DNA from: Candidatus Freyarchaeum deiterrae | Lineage (GTDB): Archaea > Asgardarchaeota > Jordiarchaeia > Jordiarchaeales > Jordiarchaeaceae | Direction of reading: 5' to 3' | Assembly (NCBI GenBank): GCA_037305845.1 | Contig: CP147778.1 | Location: 800,001-864,000 of the forward strand | DNA: 64,000 bases | Shown here: positions 18,193-28,458 of the stretch, in pieces | Numbering within the stretch: the first letter of the stretch is position 1 | How the letters are laid out: each line of letters starts with the position of its first letter | Position numbers and translations under genes: made by a program | Notes under the pieces: generated by a model | What the model saw: the letters and a program-made list of their open reading frames with translations, nothing else | Told to the model about the DNA's origin: nothing | The model's database searches: none

Positions 18193-19134
18193 TTATTTTT
18201 TTGTTGAGGATTCCTTGGGAGTTAATCTGCTGGTAGTGTTTTCTACTGATATTCTGTGCATTTGGAATCCGAGTTTTTCAGGCTCCGCCCCCATTAGCAG
18301 AGCCAATAGTTGGGATAGATGAATAACCGGTTTAGGATTGTCCAGCATTTCAACATCCAGTAGGTTTCCTTGGTACTTATCAAGAACATTGAGGCAATAG
18401 GGACATATGACAACTACGGCTTCCGCCTCAGCCTCTGACAAGCTGTCAAGCTTCTTCTGAGTAGTAGCGTACGATATTTTTTTATTCACTGTTTGCTGTA
18501 TGCCACCGAATCCGCAGCACAGTATCTTTTCGGTGTACTCAACAGGCTTCCCTCCCAGTTTCTCAATCATCTCCTCTATAAAGGAGGGATTTTCTATACT
18601 GTCTAACCCTTTTTCCCCGTCAACGTGTGAGTAGTGGCAGCCGTAGTGCACCGCTAACTTCATGCCCCCGAGAGTCAAAGTGGTTTTTTCTAATATTCCA
18701 CCCATATTTTTGTAGAAGAAGTCAGCGATGTGAATGACTTCCACTTCTTCAAATTTTCTCCCGATTTTCTTGAGAATCCTTTCTGTTTGGGCTTTTATTT
18801 TCGGATCCTCCATGAGAGCTTCCGCCATATAAAAGGAGGAATAGCACCCATTACAATCCGTAAGAACAAAAGGTGTTTTTTCTGAGATTATGCTGGTGTT
18901 TCTTCCCGCAACACTTGTGAGCACAGTATCCGTGTTCAAAGAACTGAACTCGGGAGTCCCACAACAAGTCTGGTCGTCACTCACAACAAAGTTTACACCC
19001 AACTTTTCAAGCACAAACCTAGTAGCATACTCTATTCCGGGATAAACATTATTTATGAAGCAGCCTCTGAAATAGAAAAAGGAACCATTATCCGGAATCC
19101 TTTCGAGTCTTTCAAGATTCACCAAAAAGTACAC
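18193..19134 (-). CDS. hdrB: Heterodisulfide reductase subunit B-like
   Basis: Two CCG domains (CCGTP/CNGC; HYGCH/CCGFGG/CPYC). Confidence 0.88.
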   Translation of the reverse strand: MYFLVNLERLERIPDNGSFFYFRGCFINNVYPGIEYATRFVLEKLGVNFVVSDDQTCCGTPEFSSLNTDTVLTSVAGRNTSIISEKTPFVLTDCNGCYSSFYMAEALMEDPKIKAQTERILKKIGRKFEEVEVIHIADFFYKNMGGILEKTTLTLGGMKLAVHYGCHYSHVDGEKGLDSIENPSFIEEMIEKLGGKPVEYTEKILCCGFGGIQQTVNKKISYATTQKKLDSLSEAEAEAVVVICPYCLNVLDKYQGNLLDVEMLDNPKPVIHLSQLLALLMGAEPEKLGFQMHRISVENTTSRLTPKESSTKK

Positions 19135-19141
19135 ACCCTCT

Positions 19142-19759
19142 CTAGTAGTTCTCAGAACTCTCCTTTGATTCTTTAACCCTCTCCTCCAGATTGTCCAACA
19201 TTTCCCTGAAACCAGTCTCTTCCAAAATTATCTTCAACTCCTCTTTTGCCTTTTCCGAAACTTCATACCTCTCCGAAAGCCCCATTTCCAGCCTGCACTT
19301 AGCCAACTCCAATTCGGCCTTTTTAGGATCCATCCGAGCATAATCTCGAGAGCTAATAGAAAGCCCGCTTTCTATAAGATTCCTTCCCACACCACTCAGT
19401 ATTTTTATTAAATCCCAACCATACCCTTTCTCCATAGCCAACTTTCTAAGCCGATAAATAACATAAGGTATACCTATATGCCAAGGACATTTAATTGTAT
19501 AACACTGAAAACAGGTATAGCAGTACCATATTTCCTTGCTGCTCAGTACCTTCTCTTCCTCGCCTAGGGTCACATCACAGATTATTTTTCTGAAATTATA
19601 GCTAGAGTTCTTTGCCGCGGGGCAGTCACCTACGCATATTCCGCAGGCAAAGCAGTTTTCCATTTTTTTACTGTCGAGTCCTTCTACTTTATCGAAGAAA
19701 CTCCAGTTCCAGTTCTCCGAAGAGGATACTTTACTATCATTTGTGGTCATTCGTATCAA
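19142..19759 (-). CDS. hdrC: Heterodisulfide reductase subunit C-like
   Basis: CFACGICVGDCP and WYCYTCFQCYTIKCP; directly upstream of hdrB. Confidence 0.85.
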   Translation of the reverse strand: MIRMTTNDSKVSSSENWNWSFFDKVEGLDSKKMENCFACGICVGDCPAAKNSSYNFRKIICDVTLGEEEKVLSSKEIWYCYTCFQCYTIKCPWHIGIPYVIYRLRKLAMEKGYGWDLIKILSGVGRNLIESGLSISSRDYARMDPKKAELELAKCRLEMGLSERYEVSEKAKEELKIILEETGFREMLDNLEERVKESKESSENY

Positions 19760-19967
19760 CCCAAGCTTTTTGTTAATACGGCTTTAATTTTGCCTTTTTT
19801 GCAAATTTTTACTTCTTCTTGGGACTTGCAGTAAAAATCATATCTCATCAACTTTTCCAAGAAACGGTAATATCTCTAATTTATAAGTTTTCCATAAAAA
19901 GTGTTCGCCCATCTTTCTTTCTCAACACCTTCCTAAGGTTCAAACACCCAAGTTTTCATCCTACACT

Positions 19968-20516
19968 TTAGAGGCTATGCTGGTAAATCCTTTGCCTTGT
20001 TGTTTTATAGAGGATAGTATACCCCGCCTGAAGGAATAAATCGTCCATTTGCTTGTGGACGAAGATGTCCCAGAAAATAAGCGTGCCGTGCGGCCGGAGG
20101 ATCCGCTGGATTTCCTGTATCGCTTGGGGGGTCTTCTTAAATTCCCACCCTCGGTCCTCGAGATGGTGGAACATAAGTGTGGATAACACGAAATCAAAGG
20201 ATTTCGATTCAAAGGACAGATGCAAGGCGTCCTCTTGTCGGAACTCAAGTTCCGGGGGGATGGTTCCGTACTTCTTTTCCGCGAGTTTCTGACCTGCTTG
20301 AATTTGGCGTGGGTCGAAATCGCTGATGACCACCCGTTTTGGGTGAAATTTATCAAAGATAGCATAGGAAGTGTATCCTAAGCCAGCCCCAACCTCAAGG
20401 AATGTCCCCGAAATTGCGATACCAGCCTTGTCCAAAAGCGAAATGACCCTTTTGGGGACTCTCCGGCGATTGAAGCGATTTACAAAGAACTTTTGGAATA
20501 CATTCATTGAGACCAT
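19968..20516 (-). CDS. Class I SAM-dependent methyltransferase
   Basis: LEVGAGLG, SFDFV, ILRPHG; GC-richer than its neighbours. Confidence 0.85.
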   Translation of the reverse strand: MVSMNVFQKFFVNRFNRRRVPKRVISLLDKAGIAISGTFLEVGAGLGYTSYAIFDKFHPKRVVISDFDPRQIQAGQKLAEKKYGTIPPELEFRQEDALHLSFESKSFDFVLSTLMFHHLEDRGWEFKKTPQAIQEIQRILRPHGTLIFWDIFVHKQMDDLFLQAGYTILYKTTRQRIYQHSL

Positions 20517-20819
20517 TAGGAGTTTGCCTCCGCTTACTATTATCCGAGTTTAAGGAATCATCAATTTAGTCATCCGATTAAAGAGCAATGGTAAAACGCT
20601 TCATCCTAAGGATTAGCCTTAGTCAGCTTTAGTGTTGGAGCGTAAAACTTTATTTAATCGTGTTAAAATTATGGGAATTTACTCAGCTTAAAAATAGCAT
20701 TATGTTTTCATTCTTTAAAAGTTTTGTACAAATTAAGGGTCGTGAGGATTCAGCTCTTGTTTATAAATTTTCTACCGAATTCGTCTGCTTGTCTTAGAGT
20801 AGTAATGAGAACCTTTTTG

Positions 20820-23399
20820 TTAGTGGGAGTTGGGTTTTTCTACTTTGTTAATAATTTCTTGGATTTGTCCGACGAGGGCGTCTTTTTTTAGTATTTCAGC
20901 GATTTTGCTTATTGCTCTTAGATGGTGAATGAGGTCATTCAGATATCCGAAGAGGTCTCCGGGATATACGTACAGTTCGTACTCGTCCTTTAAAATTTGG
21001 GATATGTTGCTTGGCCTCAGTCCTCGCATTCTTAGCTCAATTATTTTTTGTGCTAGTTCCACTTGGCCGCACTCGCAGAAGGGGTTGTCCTTGCATTTGC
21101 AGTTAAAAATGTCCAGGGTCCATTTGGCGAAAAGGTCTAATACCCATTTCTCCAATTTTTTTGTTTTCTTTGTTCTTGAAGCGTCCATTAGGTCTAGGAC
21201 TGCTCCCGAAAAGAACCTTGTGGGAAAATTTGTGTTGTAAGCCTGGTTTAGTTCTCCCTGTAACCTTGAAGAGAGATAAATTGATTCGAAGGTTTCCAGT
21301 CTTATAGCGAGTTCAAGCGGATTCATGTCAATATTATCTTTGACGAACACTGCCTCTGAGGGGGTTAGAAAAGAAACACTTGCCGCGCTACCTAGGGGGG
21401 AAACTGTTACAATGTTTCCATTTCTGGAAACCATTCCACTTTTTTTTAGATAGGCTAGTGCCTCGTCTAACTCTACAGTCTTTCCAATCAATTGTTCATA
21501 GATTTTCTTCCACTCCTCTAGAGTAGCACTTCCTCTAATACATAGGCTGGCTAATAACTGTTCTGCGCATTGTTCCAAAGTATAGTTTGGGTAGACCTCC
21601 TCTATCTTGCCCTTGAGCAAATTCATCGCTACTTCGTCTTCGGTATTTTCCTGCGCAGCGTTATACCTCAAACCGGGTTCTACGAGAATAACGACTTTAC
21701 CCCTTTCATGCTTTCCATATCTTCCCGCTCTACCCGACATTTGTTCAAAATCCGCCACCGTTAACCATTCTCTGCCTTGGGTCAGTGATTCAAAAATCAC
21801 TTGGCTTGCGGGGAAATCGACACCGGCGCCAAGCGCTGCAGTGGAAATAACCGCGGATATGACCCCTGAAGCAAAACCGGTTTCTACTCTTTTTCTTTGG
21901 GCGTAGGTTAAACCGGCGTGATAAGCTTCGGCAGTTATGCCTCTGTCCCTTAGAATCTGCGCTAGGCGGTAGGCCCCCCTCCTCGAGTATGTGAAAACAA
22001 TTGTCTGCCCACGGAAGCCGAATTTGCTTACTTTCCTAAATTCGCTTCTGATGAGTTTTTCGATAAATCTGATTTTATCATTTGAGTTCATGGCTAGAAC
22101 GAGATGCCTCTCTAAGGGTACCGGGCGATTAGTTGAAACTACGGGTTTTAAGCCTAGACTTTCCGCCATTTCGTCAGTGTTACTGACGGTTGCAGAGAGG
22201 CAAATAAATTGGGCTTCTGGATAAAGGTCTCTTAGCCTTATAATTATCCCGTCGAGTTCCGGTCCTCTTTCCTCATCAGCCAGCATCTGAACCTCGTCTA
22301 CAATGATGGTTTTTACTTCTCCCAATTCGCGGTGACGCTGTGAACGAAGTAGGTAATCTAAGGCCTCGTAAGTTGCTGATACCAAATTGGCGTTCGAAAC
22401 CTCATCATCGACGATTACCAGCTCATCTTCACCGACGTCTATCTTGCTCATTCCCACCCGAATGGCGGTTCTGATTCCTAGTTTTTGATATTTCGTTTTG
22501 AATTCCAAATATTTTTGGTTAGCCAAAGCTACAAGGGGAGCTAAATAAACCATTTTTTTACCCTCAAATGCTTTAGGCAAACCCGCAAGCTCACCTATGA
22601 GGGTTTTGCCGCTGGTGGTAGAACTCACTACTAGCAAGTTTTCTCCCTCAAGCAACCCGGCTTCTACAGCCGCTATCTGCACTGGCATAAGCTGAGTAAT
22701 TCCAGTGTTATATAGAGCCTGTGTCAATTTGAGGGGTAAAGGAAGCTCTTCTAAACTCATTGTTCTGGATTTTTCATTAGCTTCGATAGTATCGAATAGT
22801 GTAATGCTTGTGTCTTTGGAAGGGTCGAAATTTGGGGACAAAATTGGTAGAATGCTTTCCAGGTCTTTTTTGTTATAGAGAATATTCCAAAGCTGCTTTT
22901 TCATATCCGTAGAAATACGGGCGCCCCTAAATTGCAGTTCCTTGTCAAACTCTGCTTTAACACAGTCCCAACACAGCTTATCTCCGTGCGCGTGAAAAGT
23001 ATTATCCTTACCGAGAACCGTTGTGAAACCATCAGCCTGACAGTATTTGCAAATTTCCAATACTTCTCCCTTTTTGATGCCGAAATCTTTCAACATATCC
23101 AAAATTTTGGTCATGAATTCCTCACGAAAATCCGAAGCAATAACTATTCTCCTAGCATTACGCAGTACAGAGGTGAACTCCTTCGGCTGAATAAAGGTCT
23201 GCTTTCCATTAGAAGATATGCCAATGCGATTAGGCCTCAAAAGATTTTCTTTCGGATGAAAGAATTCGACCAATAAACTAAGATCAGGCTTGACCCTCCT
23301 CAACTTAGGATAGCCACTAAAAAGCAAAATCTCCGCATTAAAATCCTTTTTCTTCTGAATAAATACAAGTATGTAACTTTTAGGGATAGCTTCCAACAA
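20820..23399 (-). CDS. Archaea-specific Ski2-like SF2 helicase (ASH / COG1202)
   Basis: TTSGKT, DEVQ, SAT, YHAGL, QMSGRAGR; C-terminal CKCKDNPFCEC. Confidence 0.9.
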   Translation of the reverse strand: MLEAIPKSYILVFIQKKKDFNAEILLFSGYPKLRRVKPDLSLLVEFFHPKENLLRPNRIGISSNGKQTFIQPKEFTSVLRNARRIVIASDFREEFMTKILDMLKDFGIKKGEVLEICKYCQADGFTTVLGKDNTFHAHGDKLCWDCVKAEFDKELQFRGARISTDMKKQLWNILYNKKDLESILPILSPNFDPSKDTSITLFDTIEANEKSRTMSLEELPLPLKLTQALYNTGITQLMPVQIAAVEAGLLEGENLLVVSSTTSGKTLIGELAGLPKAFEGKKMVYLAPLVALANQKYLEFKTKYQKLGIRTAIRVGMSKIDVGEDELVIVDDEVSNANLVSATYEALDYLLRSQRHRELGEVKTIIVDEVQMLADEERGPELDGIIIRLRDLYPEAQFICLSATVSNTDEMAESLGLKPVVSTNRPVPLERHLVLAMNSNDKIRFIEKLIRSEFRKVSKFGFRGQTIVFTYSRRGAYRLAQILRDRGITAEAYHAGLTYAQRKRVETGFASGVISAVISTAALGAGVDFPASQVIFESLTQGREWLTVADFEQMSGRAGRYGKHERGKVVILVEPGLRYNAAQENTEDEVAMNLLKGKIEEVYPNYTLEQCAEQLLASLCIRGSATLEEWKKIYEQLIGKTVELDEALAYLKKSGMVSRNGNIVTVSPLGSAASVSFLTPSEAVFVKDNIDMNPLELAIRLETFESIYLSSRLQGELNQAYNTNFPTRFFSGAVLDLMDASRTKKTKKLEKWVLDLFAKWTLDIFNCKCKDNPFCECGQVELAQKIIELRMRGLRPSNISQILKDEYELYVYPGDLFGYLNDLIHHLRAISKIAEILKKDALVGQIQEIINKVEKPNSH

Positions 23400-23590
23400 T
23401 TACAACTCCAATACCCTGAAAACAAAACGAAATATAACAATCAACTCATATAATTCGAAATGGATTAAAATTTCTAAAATCTGTGTTGTCATCTTCACAT
23501 CCGAGCATCGGGCTAAATTTTTTTCTCATTTAGTCGAATAGCAAAGAATAAAAAACGTTTTAATCCTCTTAGTGGTGGAGATGCCTAGAA

Positions 23591-24265
23591 TTGAAGGTTA
23601 CAGAGGAAATCTTTTACTTCGCAGGAGCCAACTTTGACAGCAACACCTTTTTGATAAGAGATAACGAATCAGAGGAGCTTACTGTTATCGATGCCGGTTC
23701 AGGCTTTTTCTTCGATCGCTTAATAAGAAGAATTACTCAGGAAGGACTAAATCCGCAAAAAATTACACGCGTAATCTTAACTCATGTACACTTTGACCAC
23801 AGCGGCGGGCTTATTAATTTTGTGAAAGAATACTCCCCAAAGGTGTTAGTTTTTCACCTTGAGGCTGACAGCATAGAAAAAGGTGGAAACGGTCTCCTTT
23901 TAGCCGAAAATTTCGGTGTAGAATTCACACCTACCAAAGTTCATCAAAGAATGCAAGAAGGAGAAATCATCAAAGCCGGAAGCCTTAACTTAACCGTTTT
24001 AAATACGCCTGGGCACACTCTTGGTAGCATATGCCTTTATGATGAAGATAAGAAAGTGCTCTTTTCGGGTGATACTGTGTTCTCTCAGGGTAGTTTCGGC
24101 CGTGTGGACTTTCCGACGGGAGATTCGAGGCAAATGGTTCAGTCGCTTATTCAGCTGAGTAAATTGGACGTTGAATACTTGCTCTGCGGTCACCTAGACA
24201 TAGCGACCAAGAATGCAAATGAGCAAATCAAGCTCTCATTGAAAAATGCGCGTCTATTTCTTTAA
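23591..24265 (+). CDS. Metallo-beta-lactamase-fold hydrolase
   Basis: THVHFDHSGG, TPGHT, SGD. Confidence 0.9.
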   Translation: MKVTEEIFYFAGANFDSNTFLIRDNESEELTVIDAGSGFFFDRLIRRITQEGLNPQKITRVILTHVHFDHSGGLINFVKEYSPKVLVFHLEADSIEKGGNGLLLAENFGVEFTPTKVHQRMQEGEIIKAGSLNLTVLNTPGHTLGSICLYDEDKKVLFSGDTVFSQGSFGRVDFPTGDSRQMVQSLIQLSKLDVEYLLCGHLDIATKNANEQIKLSLKNARLFL

Positions 24266-24357
24266 GATAAAAAAAAGGGCTATTCGCTTTTTTCAGTAAA
24301 ACAGTATCCTGATCCGAAGATGATTATTTTTTTCGGATCATGATTGTTTTGGGATGG

Positions 24358-24912
24358 TTATGCTGTGTCTTCTACTACAATGCGGTAGATAATTATTTTT
24401 CCCGCAGTTTTGGAATCTCGTGTTACTTTGATTACGTCTCCCGCCTTTCCTCCGATTGCTCTGATTGCTGGGTCGGAGATTCTTATCTTGGGGAGACCAT
24501 CTTTTTTGATGTTGTATTTTTCCAGAACTTGGTTGTAATCTTCGGGATGTGCTATCTCGTGTTTGGGGACGAGGTAGTGGTCAAATATGTCCAGTATAGG
24601 GTAGTCCACAATAAGTTCTATATTGGACTCTAATGCGATTTCCCGAGCTTTGGGTGTACTTCTTTTTCCTCCCACCAGGAAGCCTTTGGAGGCTGCTTTC
24701 TCATCCATAACCTCTTTTAAACCCCGCACCAAGGCTGTTCCAATTACCTTTTGAGCATCGTAACCTCTAATTATGAAGGTGTTTTCTTCCCCATTCTTTG
24801 AGGCTTTAATAATGCGGTAATTGCCTTCTGTTTTCTCCTCTATTTCTTTGACTTCGTAGCCCCTTAATTTTAGGAAACCGACAATTTTTTCCTCAGAACT
24901 CAACGCTATCAC
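24358..24912 (-). CDS. rpo5: RNA polymerase subunit Rpo5/RPB5 with N-terminal jaw-like domain
   Basis: HYLVPKHE, LPKIRISDPA, GDVIKVTRDSKTAG; about 105-aa N-terminal extension with LRGY. Confidence 0.9.
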   Translation of the reverse strand: MIALSSEEKIVGFLKLRGYEVKEIEEKTEGNYRIIKASKNGEENTFIIRGYDAQKVIGTALVRGLKEVMDEKAASKGFLVGGKRSTPKAREIALESNIELIVDYPILDIFDHYLVPKHEIAHPEDYNQVLEKYNIKKDGLPKIRISDPAIRAIGGKAGDVIKVTRDSKTAGKIIIYRIVVEDTA

Positions 24913-25359
24913 CCTTAGGAGTGAGAAACAAAATACTATATAAACACTAGGGATAGTACAAATAAATATTTAATAAAAACAATGAGAAATATATTTAATA
25001 CCTATTAAACTGGCTCAAAAAGAAAGCAACTAGCAACACCAAAAATACTTCTATTTGCAAAAATGTAAAACATGGAATTTTTATCCCAGATAAGTTAACG
25101 CACCAGCCAACTTAGGGCGTTTTTTCTGAGGAGACATCATTAAAAAGACTTACCAACACAGCGGAAAAGAAAAATTTCTCTAAAAACAAAGGGGATAAGA
25201 AAAGGATTAAATGTATATTTTTTATTAAAATAGATTAAAAGATACGAAGTGCTGAACTACCTAGACTTTGGTATTAATATGATAATGGAAATGGGAAAGT
25301 TAATTAACTAATGTATTCTTTATTTATGTAACGATGAACTGCGAGTGAGAGTGTGTTAA

Positions 25360-25782
25360 ATGACAGAAAGCAGACTCGGTACGCTCACCAAAATTCTCGA
25401 AAGCTTGAACTCAAAAGGTGGTTTCCAAGCAAGCATAATTGCGGGAGAAGACGGATTAGTTCTAGCTGAAGCCTCCAACAAACTTGACAAAAACGTCGTA
25501 GCAGCTATGGCTGGGCTTTCTCACAGCACCGCAGAAAGGGTCAAAGATCAGGTTGGTTTAGGAGATGTAGAAAACGTAATCATTGAGACAGATAGTGGCG
25601 TTATGGTTTTCCGAGGAGTATATCTTCCAACCAATAAACTGATACTAGCGGTAATAATGTCGTCAGCAAAGAGGACTAGTAGACTAAGAGATGCCGCAAA
25701 TGTTCTTTTACACAAGGATCGTAGATACGAAGTGATAATTGATGAAGCAGTAGGCGAGATCGTCAAAGCCTTCGCTAAATAA
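25360..25782 (+). CDS. Roadblock/LC7 protein
   Basis: SIIAGEDGLVLA, VAAMAG, VIIETDSG. Confidence 0.88.
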   Translation: MTESRLGTLTKILESLNSKGGFQASIIAGEDGLVLAEASNKLDKNVVAAMAGLSHSTAERVKDQVGLGDVENVIIETDSGVMVFRGVYLPTNKLILAVIMSSAKRTSRLRDAANVLLHKDRRYEVIIDEAVGEIVKAFAK

Positions 25783-26141
25783 TTGTTTAAAAAATGAGAG
25801 TGAAGTATAACAAACCAAGAAATATATGCGTTCATACTCCCTTTTTCTCTAGTAACTAACTAAGTCAAGCCCCCCAAAAACAATACTCTTCCTGTTTTCT
25901 AAAAATGTTAAAAAAAGGTGCAAGTTATTAGAGGCGTCACAAATTTTTCATGAGTGATAAAGAGTTTTTCTTTTTTCCCCATTTCAACTTGTAATTTTAT
26001 TAAAAATCATTCGCCATTTTTTTATAAATTATTAATGAAGACCAAGTATTAAATGAAACTTCATATTATTATCTAATACTTTTTGCACCAATCGCAAATG
26101 TGTACCAAAAGATTTTAAAAAAAATGAACTGTTTTTAAACT

Positions 26142-26161
26142 TGTACACAAATGTACACAAA
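26142..26161 (+). promoter_or_regulatory. Tandem TGTACACAAA x2, candidate operator
   Basis: Exact 10-bp direct repeat, each with a TGTACA palindrome, just before the GAGGT RBS; related TGTACCAAAA at 26101. Confidence 0.5.
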
Positions 26162-26175
26162 TTGAGGTAAATTAT

Positions 26176-27069
26176 ATGGCTATTGATGATTTAGATTCCA
26201 AGCTAATAGAGATTCTTAAAAAGGATGCAAGAACACCTGCATCGAAAATCGCTGAAGTGCTTGGAATCTCACGGATGACTGTAAAAAATAGGATGAAAAG
26301 ACTTGAAGACCTAGGCATTATTAGACAGTACACCGTAATGCTCGGTGTTAAGCCTTTGATATCTACTCCTTTTCAGATAAAAAAATTGGAGAGGGTTAAA
26401 AGTGGAGTCCCAGGTTTTGATAACCTATGCGAGGGTGGATTACCGAAATCTACGACCACACTGCTTCGGGGGCCTCCAGGAGCCGGGAAAACTATTTTCG
26501 GGTTTCAATTTCTTTATAATGGTTACAAAGAGTATGGCGAACCGGGAGCCCTCATAGCGTTACAGGATTCCCCCAGCGATTTGTTAACATTCGCATCCAC
26601 CTTAGGAATAAATTTGGACAATAGTAAAATATCTATCACAAGTCCCTTTGCCCCTGAGACTATTGTTCACGAGAGGGCGGACTATGAAACCTTGGCCCTT
26701 AACTTTGAGAAAACCATAGAGGAAGCAATATCACAAATAGGTGCGGAGAGAGTGGTTATAGACCCAATAACAATATTCCTATCCCGCTTTGAGGACATTT
26801 ACACAAGAAGAAGAGAAATCTACCTGATTAACAATTTTCTGCGTTCAAGGGGATGTACTACCATTATGATAGCTGAAGACTACGATGGGAGAGAGTATGC
26901 TTTAGAAAGCTTTGTGGCACAAAATGTTATAAATATGAGATATGGCGTAGAAGGCAATCACAGGAAAAAAGAGTTAGAAATATTGAAAATGTTTGCAACC
27001 GACCACAGCCGAGGCTTACACCCGTACTGGATTCAAAAAAACGGACTGAACATAGAACCTTCAACCTAG
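26176..27069 (+). CDS. Lrp/AsnC-type HTH fused to a KaiC/RecA-family ATPase
   Basis: DDLDSKLIEILKKDAR HTH; SGVPGFD, GPPGAGKT, RVVIDP. Confidence 0.88.
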   Translation: MAIDDLDSKLIEILKKDARTPASKIAEVLGISRMTVKNRMKRLEDLGIIRQYTVMLGVKPLISTPFQIKKLERVKSGVPGFDNLCEGGLPKSTTTLLRGPPGAGKTIFGFQFLYNGYKEYGEPGALIALQDSPSDLLTFASTLGINLDNSKISITSPFAPETIVHERADYETLALNFEKTIEEAISQIGAERVVIDPITIFLSRFEDIYTRRREIYLINNFLRSRGCTTIMIAEDYDGREYALESFVAQNVINMRYGVEGNHRKKELEILKMFATDHSRGLHPYWIQKNGLNIEPST

Positions 27070-27252
27070 GGTTTTTCCCCTTTTTTTAATCAAATTTTTA
27101 CATAGTCTCGTGGTTTGATAAGGTTTTAATAAAAACTTACTACATTAATAGATTAATATGTTTCTTATATAATTTTTATATTTAAGAAAAATATGAGTAG
27201 CAATATTTATGTATAATCGATGTTTATATAAATATAAAGGTGGGATGCGACT

Positions 27253-27378
27253 TTGGTATGCCCAGAATATGATTCTGAAGAAAAAAAATGCAAGGTTACA
27301 GGGATGGTATTCCGCCAGGGTATGGAAGCCCCTTGTGAATACATAAAAGATCCTAACAAGTGTAGGCTGAATATGTGA
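27253..27378 (+). CDS. 41-aa four-cysteine microprotein
   Basis: Below the ORF-track cutoff: MVCPEYDSEEKKCKVTGMVFRQGMEAPCEYIKDPNKCRLNM; GGTGG RBS, TATA upstream, T-rich tract downstream. Confidence 0.65.
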   Translation: MVCPEYDSEEKKCKVTGMVFRQGMEAPCEYIKDPNKCRLNM

Positions 27379-27572
27379 AAGCATCCTGTCCATACATCTT
27401 TCTTTTTCTTTTTTCATCACCAAAAAGCCATTCAGGGAATTTTTATAATGAATTTCCGAATTTTTGTAGAAAAGTTTTTTGATATGGTAGTAAATTAAAG
27501 AGTAGAAAATATAAAGAGTTAGAGTCTACAAGGTTGTTAATCTATTTATTTGTTTCAAGGATGTGAAGTAAA

Positions 27573-28361
27573 GTGGGCAAAAACTTTGACAAGGCTCTGA
27601 GAGATTATCTGAGACCCCTTGAAGGCTTCGATAACTACCAAAATTGGTGGAATTGGTATAAAAATACGGAAATAAGAGTACAGCTCTACACTAAGCATCT
27701 CGGGGAATATTTGCGAGAAGTTTCCAAGCTTAAAATTCTGGATTTGGGATGCGGCGCTGGAGGCGTATGTGTTTCTTTCGCTAATAGAAACAACATGGTG
27801 ATAGGACTGGACCTGGATAAAAAACTAATTAACCTTACAAAAGTTAATGTTAGTGACTCGGAAGACCATTTTCCCCCTAAAGGGGGAGTTAGTGAAACTC
27901 TAGCCAGCGGAACGGATCTGCCATTCGAAGATGAAACGTTTGACTTGGTTCTTTGTAATGATGTTATTGAACATCTGGATAAACAGGAAGAACTGATACG
28001 AGAGATCTACCGTGTACTGAAAGAGGGTGGGTATCTCTACCTTACCACTCCGAACAGAAGATATCCTGTCGAATCTCACACAGGTATTTTCGGTATCACT
28101 TTATTGCCCAAGCCTTTAGCTGATATTTTTATACGTATGTCTGGACTTGGCACAAGCTTCCCGGTTAAACTGCTTTCTTACGAGACTCTTATTCGCTTAC
28201 TTCTATTGGTTAAGTTTCAATCGGTTATTAACTCTCCCAAATGGGATAAGTATTTCCCGAATAGTGGTATCATGAAATTAATAAGAAGAAGTAGAGGTCT
28301 AGAGTGGGTTTTTAACCTATTTACGCCCTTATACACAGTTCTGACTAAAAAAATTAAATAG
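27573..28361 (+). CDS. Class I SAM-dependent methyltransferase
   Basis: ILDLGCGAG, LPFEDETFDLV, VIEH, VLKEGG. Confidence 0.9.
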   Translation: MGKNFDKALRDYLRPLEGFDNYQNWWNWYKNTEIRVQLYTKHLGEYLREVSKLKILDLGCGAGGVCVSFANRNNMVIGLDLDKKLINLTKVNVSDSEDHFPPKGGVSETLASGTDLPFEDETFDLVLCNDVIEHLDKQEELIREIYRVLKEGGYLYLTTPNRRYPVESHTGIFGITLLPKPLADIFIRMSGLGTSFPVKLLSYETLIRLLLLVKFQSVINSPKWDKYFPNSGIMKLIRRSRGLEWVFNLFTPLYTVLTKKIK

Positions 28362-28458
28362 GCGAGTCTATAATTGTATGCCGAAATGGAAAACTTTTTT
28401 GAATACGTTAATGATTTAAGCACCAAAGAAGACGAAGAATGTAAAACAGTAAAAAAGG

